From assembly GCA_051294375.1 (NCBI GenBank), contig CM119263.1:951756-1015755 (forward strand): a stretch of 64,000 bases of DNA, given 5' to 3'. Position 1 is the stretch's first letter. Every line of letters starts with the position of its first letter. The notes under the pieces were generated by a model. That model was not told the DNA's origin, searched no databases, and saw only the letters and a program-made list of their open reading frames with translations. Of this stretch, positions 56,459 through 64,000 are shown piece by piece. The translations under genes were made by a program, and so were the position numbers. The DNA is from Paraspadella gotoi (lineage: Eukaryota; Animalia; Chaetognatha).

Positions 56459-58814
56459 AGAGAGAGAGAAGAGAAAAGAGTGCAGGGGATGTGCGTAGCG
56501 TGTGCTGTGATTGAAAGGTTCAGTGATATAGTAGGACGAAGTAGTGCAGAAAGGGAGAATAAAAAAAGGAAATTCTCTTATCACACAAAACTAGAGGGCG
56601 GAGGAAGAGGAGGAAGAGGAGGAAGGGGGAGTGAGGAGAAGAGGAGAGATTCTTCTTAAAACGAAGTCGCTTTAAAATGTCGCCTCAACTTTTCCTCTCA
56701 AATTAATGCAAATTATCACGACCATTGCAGTTTTTTCTTCTGGCGACTTTTTTCTCCTCGTTCCGGCGGACTTTTTATTCCAAGTTCCAGGCTTCAGCGA
56801 CCATCAACGTCCGAGTGCAGTAACCCGCAGCGGCAATAACCGTAACTCTGCGGCGGCGTTAGGCGGCAGCGAGCGGCGGCGGAGAAACCAGCTGGGCCTG
56901 TCCGCGGGTCCATCGTTTTAGCTCCTGACGACGACGAACGACGACCGACGAACGACGACGACCATCACCAGATCGGCGGGGACCAACGAAGGCTTCCAGC
57001 CCATCAAGCGCGAAAACCACCAAATTCAATTTCCCGACAGAAAAATAAAAAATGGAATGAAAAAAGGAAGAAAAAAACAACGTAATTCAATCGTGTTGCG
57101 GCCGCAGTGACTGCCTTGATCACGTGTATTTCTTCCGTGACCTTGAAATGAACATGACATGACTATATTGACATGGTTGCTAGCATGATTACTGTAGATT
57201 TGAGGTTTTTTTTTTTTATCTTAACAATGAGCAATCATCACTATAGGCAAATATATGTTAGTAAGTGGGACAGAGTGACAGAACAGACAGTTCGACGGAC
57301 GACCGACCGACGACGGATCGACGCGACCGACCGAACGGATACCGACACGACGGACACAGACGACGACGGACCGGACCACACGACGGACCGACGCCGACCG
57401 ACAGGACCGACCGACAAGCGACCGGACCGACCGACCCGACAATCAGACCGACCAGACCGAACCGACGGACGACCGTCCACGCGAACGGGGGACCGACGAC
57501 CACGACCGAGACGGACGCAACGACGACAGACCGACCGACACCGACCGACCAACGACCGACGACCGCCACGACCGACCGACCGACGACAGACGACAGACCG
57601 ACCGAAAAGTGACTTTATAGTTGCTTCGCGGCGAAACTAAAAAAAAGAAGAAAGATAAAGAAAAAAGGAAAAAAAGTCAGTGGGCGATTTTGAAAAGAAA
57701 ATAGGATTTTAAGGAAAATCACAACACAAATCTTTTTTCTCTTTTTGAATCTTTTGCCCATTTCTCACTCGCGAATCACGCTAGGACTTCGTACCTTGAC
57801 CAAGACTATTGACCAATTGCTGCGTCGAACTGGTACTTGTAAAAGTAAAAAAATTATAGCGCTAAATAGAAAATCCATCAAAATGTTGATTTTTAGTATT
57901 GTAAAAACGCGAGTTCAATAACAAGAGTAAAATCGCTTGGGCTGATGTTTTTTCAAATTTTCAGAAATGAAACGGCTTGAAAAATTCCTAAAAAAATGTT
58001 TCTTGCAGAATCGATTTTCATCATGCATGTCGCGAGCCAGAGATGCCACATCTCAGTTGCAGTTTTTAAAACTGTTTCAGGCGAGCCAACTATTATATAT
58101 TTGTGCGTGGTGGGTTTGACGTTTCTTTTTTGACAATGACGACGTACTAATGACGACGAACAATGAAGTTCGACGATGACGATAGGCAGATGACGACGGA
58201 CGAACGACGAGATACGCGAACGATGAACGATGACGACGACGAGACGACGACGACACAATACGATGAAATAATCGCAGAGAGCCTGGTGCAAAAACGTCGA
58301 ACGTCATAAGTGACTCCTGGTCGCAACATTCCATTACATCGGGCCATTTAGTGGATACCGGTTGCCGCTGCCACCGCATAACCACTCTGCATCTGCGCGC
58401 CTGCCGCCGCCGCCGGCCGCCGCCGCCGCCGCCGCCGCCGCGCGCCGCGCTGCCCGCCGCCGCCGCAAGTATCTTGCGCAACCGGAACTTGCGTCAACTG
58501 CTGTGAACATCACCATATATGCCTTTTTATCTTCGTGAGAATTCTTGAGTTCTCCTAATTACTTTTTTTCTTCCTATCAACGCGGACTAATTAACCCCCC
58601 CCCACTTACTCAAAATTTGGCAACAGCAATGAAAGATTTATACACAATCACTTAATTACACCATTTATCATTTATGATGCCAAAAACAGTTAATTTGGAA
58701 ATAAAAAAGATGAAAAGTTGGAATTATTAATCAGAATTCTGACACACCTACTTTTCTTTGAGTCCCTTTAAATCTAGGTAATTCTCTCTCTCTCTTCTCC
58801 TCGTCTCTCTCTCG

Positions 58815-58855
<41 letters not shown>

Positions 58856-59408
58856 CTCTCTCTCTCACTCTCTACCCTCTCTTTCCACTTTGAAAATTAA
58901 CTTATATTAGCCTAATGGTTCTCGCTTAACTGCAGGAAGATAATTGCGGTTTTTTTTTTTGCCCTTCACTATGAAAGCTCGATTCACACGAGCGGCGAAA
59001 GAGGCGAGCACAATGAAGACTTTTTCCCTCTTTCTTGTTTCAGTTGAAACGAAGACAGAACTTTGTACTCTTCTCTTTAGAAAACGACTTTCGTGTAATT
59101 CACTTCTGTTGGATGATAATTTCATATGTAATTCAGATTTTTCATATTTAAGTATATTTCATATTTAAACTCATTATTTTTCATTTTTATTTCATATTTT
59201 CATATTTAATTCATATTTTCATATTTTCAATTATTATTCATATTTAATTTCATATTTTCATATTATCATATCATATCATTCGTCTTTTAATTTCTCGATT
59301 CTCTCGATTTTTCCTCAATCATTTTCTCCAATTCTTCTTAATCTTTCTTTGAGTCACAAAAATCTATTTTTATCTCTTTGACTCATCTTTCATTTCATCT
59401 CTCTCTCT

Positions 59409-59475
<67 letters not shown>

Positions 59476-60188
59476 TCTCTCTTTTGTTCTCGGTCACCCA
59501 ACTGAGAAAAGGAATTCTCTTAACACCTTCATCGGTAACGATTCAAGTATTCGTGGAGGCACTTCGTTTTTGTCGTCGTCGTCCGACGTCGTCGTTATCA
59601 TGTCGTCGTGTGTCGTCGTCGTTTTCCTTCTAGCAACATTTTATTCAAATCATTTGTGTCACTATCATGAACTAAAATCATAAATTGGGTTGGTAAATCA
59701 TTATTGTGTGTCGTTGTCATCATCAACATTATTATCATCATCTTCACTCATTCATCATCATCGTCATCATTCGTCATCATCATCACCATCATCATCATCA
59801 GCGCGCGTGACTCACTCACGATTTCTCCAGAACCATCCTTGTGGTCACGTAATGGAATCCGTTTGAAGACTTCGTCTCTTCCAGCTCGGTTCCATCATCT
59901 CCAGAATTCCCCTCATTTTGGTTTCCATCCTGAAATAGGAGAGGGGGGAGAGAGAGGGGGAGAGAGAGAGTGGGAGGAGAGGTGGAAGGAAAGAGGCAGG
60001 GAGGAGGTGAGGAGAGAGGGAGGAGGGGGAGAAGAGAGGAGGAAGAACGAAAACGAAATTATAAGGCGATTAGATGAGGAAAAAAGGAAGGTGAAAAAAA
60101 TCTAAAAAAAGTGGAGAGAGGGCGAAAAGGGGGAGAGAGAGAGAGAGAAGAGAGAGAGGAAGAGAAGAGAGAGAGAGAGAGAGAGGAG

Positions 60189-60242
<54 letters not shown>

Positions 60243-61922
60243 TAAGGAGCGAAGGGGGCAGAACAGGAAGTCGTGATCGAAAAGGAAAAAAAAATTTTCG
60301 AGGAGGAAAAAAGAAAAGAGGAATTAGGAAGTAATGGAAGAGAAAAAGAGAAAAAGAAAAAGAAAGAAAAGAAAAAGAAAAGAAAAGAAAAGAAAAGAAA
60401 AGAAAAGAAAAGAAAAGAAAGTAAAAAGTAATGGAAAGAAAAGTAGGATGAGAAAGGAAAACGATGAGAAGGAAGAATAACATGAATGACGTAAATGCAC
60501 TAACGACAAATATCATAGGCGGATGAGTTTAAGTAATAAGTATATATATATATGGAAAGGGAGAAGACGAAATTTGACCACAAAAACAAAAAAGAACAAA
60601 ATAACAAGAAGGAAACCCTGAAATTGTCAACTTATCCCACTTGTTATTTTATTAAAAACAATGGGGGTTTTATATTCTATTTGATTTTAATTGATTTATC
60701 ATTACGCGATTAAGTGCGAAAAGAAAACTACAGCAACAGCATTAAACGACGCGGAGTAACAATAATTAAATTATTAAATAATAAATAAATGAGAAAAATG
60801 AAATGAAGCCAAAAAAATGTAACCTTGACTTCGTCTTCTCTGATTTGGCACGAAAGGCTGCGAGGCCCGCACGGTGACTCAAAACGTCAGCCACCGTCAG
60901 ATTTTCTTTTCCGTTGGAACCGAATTCCGGCCACAATCGTGGATTCGTGTGGGGGGAAGGGAGAGAGGATGGGGGCGGAGGGAAGATGAGGACGACGACA
61001 AAGATTCGTGTCACATTGTGACCTCACATATTTCTTTGGACAAAACGTAAGTGCGGCCATCAAAAAGGTTTTTGCCTCGAGCTTGAACGAAATGGTGTAG
61101 AATCACTGAACGACCCGACAGTCTTGACGGAGACAAAAACTACGAAAAAACTGCGAGAAATTCGTGGTCTGCCTTCTGCTGATGAAGCTTAGCATCAGCA
61201 AATATTGATTTGCCATATTGCAAAGGCATCGGAAAAAACGATAACCGCGAAAAAAAAAAACGACAAAGATGGCGGAGTTGATAACCGAAGCGAAAATGTA
61301 AATTAAAAATTTAACGACGAAAACGACGACGACAACGACCGACAACGACGACGACAACGACGCCATCCCGATCCGTAATATCCCAGAAAACGAGGACTAA
61401 CGCCAAGAAGCTCGCGGCGCTTTTGTTGCGTTGCTTGAGGTAAGCGTCGCGGTGGAAAATGGTGAGAAAATCCTGAATCGGTGTTCGTTAGGATGCCCTG
61501 TTCGAGACGTCACGCTGGTAATCTTTTGCTGTGGCTCTCATAAACGTTCGGCCATATTTACAAGAAGCGCTCCATTGAGGTTTAATTTAGATTTATTGAG
61601 TCATTAGTTTAAGTATTATCATTAGGAGTAACAACAACAACAACATCGACGAAAAGAAAATGAATGATTCAAGGCGACGACGGAAGAGCGAGACAATTAA
61701 GTTGGATTGAAATCCGACTTCGATCGATTAGGTTGGATTGGAAGCCGTCTCGTTCTACTTCATGGTATTTCTCTCTCTCTCTCTCTCCTCTCTCTTCTCT
61801 CGGTTCTACCTTCATGGTATTTCTCTCTCTCTCTTTCTCTCGTTTTTTCCGAGTTCACGATAGGAGGGAAAGATATTTCAATGGCAAAAACGTAAAAATT
61901 AGCCTTTGTAACCTATGTTTTC

Positions 61923-61964
<42 letters not shown>

Positions 61965-64000
61965 GTCTCTCGTCTCTCCTCTTCTCTCTCTCTCTCTCTG
62001 TCATTAAAACATTGAGTACAGGAGGGGCAGCTGCCTTCCCCTCTGCTCCTTAACTAATCAAGATCGTTTTACTCGGCAGCTGAAAAGCCGGACCGAATGA
62101 GGCCGAAGTCGTTTGGCGGTATCTTTTTTTCTTTTTCTTCTTTTTTTGGTAATTTATTTCTGTGAGAGTTTACTTTAAAATATACAAGCGAGAACTTGTG
62201 TTGCCAAAATTACGTGTTTGTTGTCTTTGCTGTCGTGTGGTTTTTTCTTGATTAAATTAATTACGAAATGATGATGACGATTGATGAATAAAAGCGTTCA
62301 AAGCGATCGAAAAAAAGTAATTAATGTTACTTAGTACGATGAATACCCATGCGACATCGATAATTAGGAATGATAATGAGTCATCTCCATTAATAACTGT
62401 CGTCAGCTCTGAGTCCGACGCGGACGTCAACCGTCACCTGGATATCCTCTCGTGTCCGTGTTCCAGGGGGTTTTGGCCACGCTTGCTCACAGCGTCACGC
62501 TCAAGACCGGAAGTGAGATCGTGGCGTAAAGAAGAGGGCGATGGTGTCCTTACCCAACCGCCGGTGAAGCTGGCGTGGCAAGGCCGTTGTGGGTAGAGTG
62601 GTGGTCGGGTGGGTGAGAAAGGAATCGGAAAGAGAGGATGGAAATAGTGATGATTATGAAAAGAGAAAGAAGGAAAATGGGAAAGAGGACAGAGAAGGAA
62701 TGGAAAAAGAAGAAAGTGAAAGGGATGGGAATAGAAGAAAGAGAAGGGATGGAAAGAGAAAGAGAAGGGATAGAAATTAGAAAGGGATGAAAAGAGAAAG
62801 AAAAAAACGGAAAAAGGAGTGAAAAGTGGCGGAAAGAAAAGGAATGAATAGAGAAAAGTCAATCTACAAAAACTTTGACGTAAAACTCACTAAAATTTCA
62901 CTATTATCTCTCACTAACATTGTGAACACAAAATTTTGAGCCCATCAAGTCCCTCATCAAATCATCCGTCGTCAAACAAAATTTAAACCAATCATCCAAA
63001 TCTTCTATCTCTCACCCAAACTAATTTCAACCAATCACCCAAATCTCTCTCTCTCACCAACTCTCGCCGAACGGCCGTCAAATTTCTCCCATTGACCATT
63101 TTTTCTTATTAATCGAGAAATATAACGTTGGATTCTCGGCCGCCATTTTCCTGGCGATCGGGAGGCAGCGTCCTCATTTATCAGACTTCAACCGTTTGAG
63201 TCTCGATTCTAGATTCTCAAACCAGAATTAGATTTCCTTTTTTATTTTTAGTTTCGCAGGACGAGTGCTCGCGGGACACACTGAAAAGTTACACTTTGGT
63301 CGGTTCTGTCGGTTTGGTGATCCCCTTGGTTATCCTTTTTTATTATTTATATATTGTATATACATTTTTCGCAAACAAAAACAATTTATTATTAATTTGT
63401 TATGGAACGTGTTTTGAGTCATTTTCTTTAGCAAATGTTTCACGCTTGGGTGTATACACGGAATTCTAAAAAGCTGATTTGTTTTTATTAAAACTTCGCA
63501 GAAATGTGATTTGCTGTGGGAAATTGTAACTTTGTGTTAATTTATTTATTTATCAATTAAGTAAGTAGACAGGGATTTCATTCATCTGTGATATTATAAT
63601 CATATAAAATAAAATAAAAATACAAAGAAAGTCAGGGCAGCGCGCTCCTTTAGAATTTCTTCTTTCTAAATTTTCATTTGAAATGGATTTTCATTTTTTT
63701 CGCCGAAGCCGAAAGACTCTGATTTTATGAGAGAGAATTCGAAATAACAAATAATTTTCATGATAATACTAATGTTGATATTTCAACGGTGTCAAACAAA
63801 ATAAAAACTACTACCCACGAATGATATCTTTTTCTTTAAATCATTTTTGGTCTAACATATTATCTATCAGTAGTTCGTTTAAGGTTTTAAAAACTTAAAG
63901 TCAAAATCCAGACCGTTGCTCGTATATATTTTTCCCTCGCGAAAAATCTGAGGAAACTGGGATTTTCGTTCGATTGTTGAAAACGCTAAATCCATCTGCG
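55464..64000. repeat. Indel-rich direct duplicate of ~45450-53735, including broken copies of beta-lactamase-like exons (~59815-59930, ~60825-60937, ~62440-62585)
   Basis: Collinear throughout (e.g. 45586 ~ 55594, 50617 ~ 60825, 53735 ~ 64000); begins right after the N-gap 55439-55463; differences are mostly 1-2 nt indels. Confidence 0.93.

Overview
Draft-quality eukaryotic (invertebrate-metazoan-like) genomic DNA: AT-rich GT-AG introns, dense microsatellites, N-gaps and indel-noisy duplicated blocks. Most ORF-track entries are translated microsatellites, so I rebuilt genes by hand from splice sites and reading phases. Content: (1) a minus-strand Trp-containing decapeptide-repeat segment at the left edge; (2) two tandem + strand paralogs encoding apparently secreted proteins (signal peptide seen only in copy A; PAR|Q site, Gly/aromatic-rich region, 16-Cys CPxGxYC-repeat core, Trp/Asn-rich tail ending W-G(-R)-stop); (3) a ~23-exon minus-strand WS/DGAT-family gene whose HHxxxDG motif reads HPCLSDG; (4) only the last four exons of an SGSM1/2-type Rab-GAP; (5) a minus-strand class C beta-lactamase/family VIII esterase-like gene with all three catalytic motifs replaced and a probable 11-nt microexon; (6) MITE and Helitron/HINE-like repeats; (7) a large fold-back (~7.2-17.4 kb) and a noisy 8.5-kb direct duplicate (55.5-64 kb), both most likely assembly artefacts. 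No rRNA, tRNA, CRISPR array or prokaryotic operon was seen. Family assignments come from motif recognition, not database searches.
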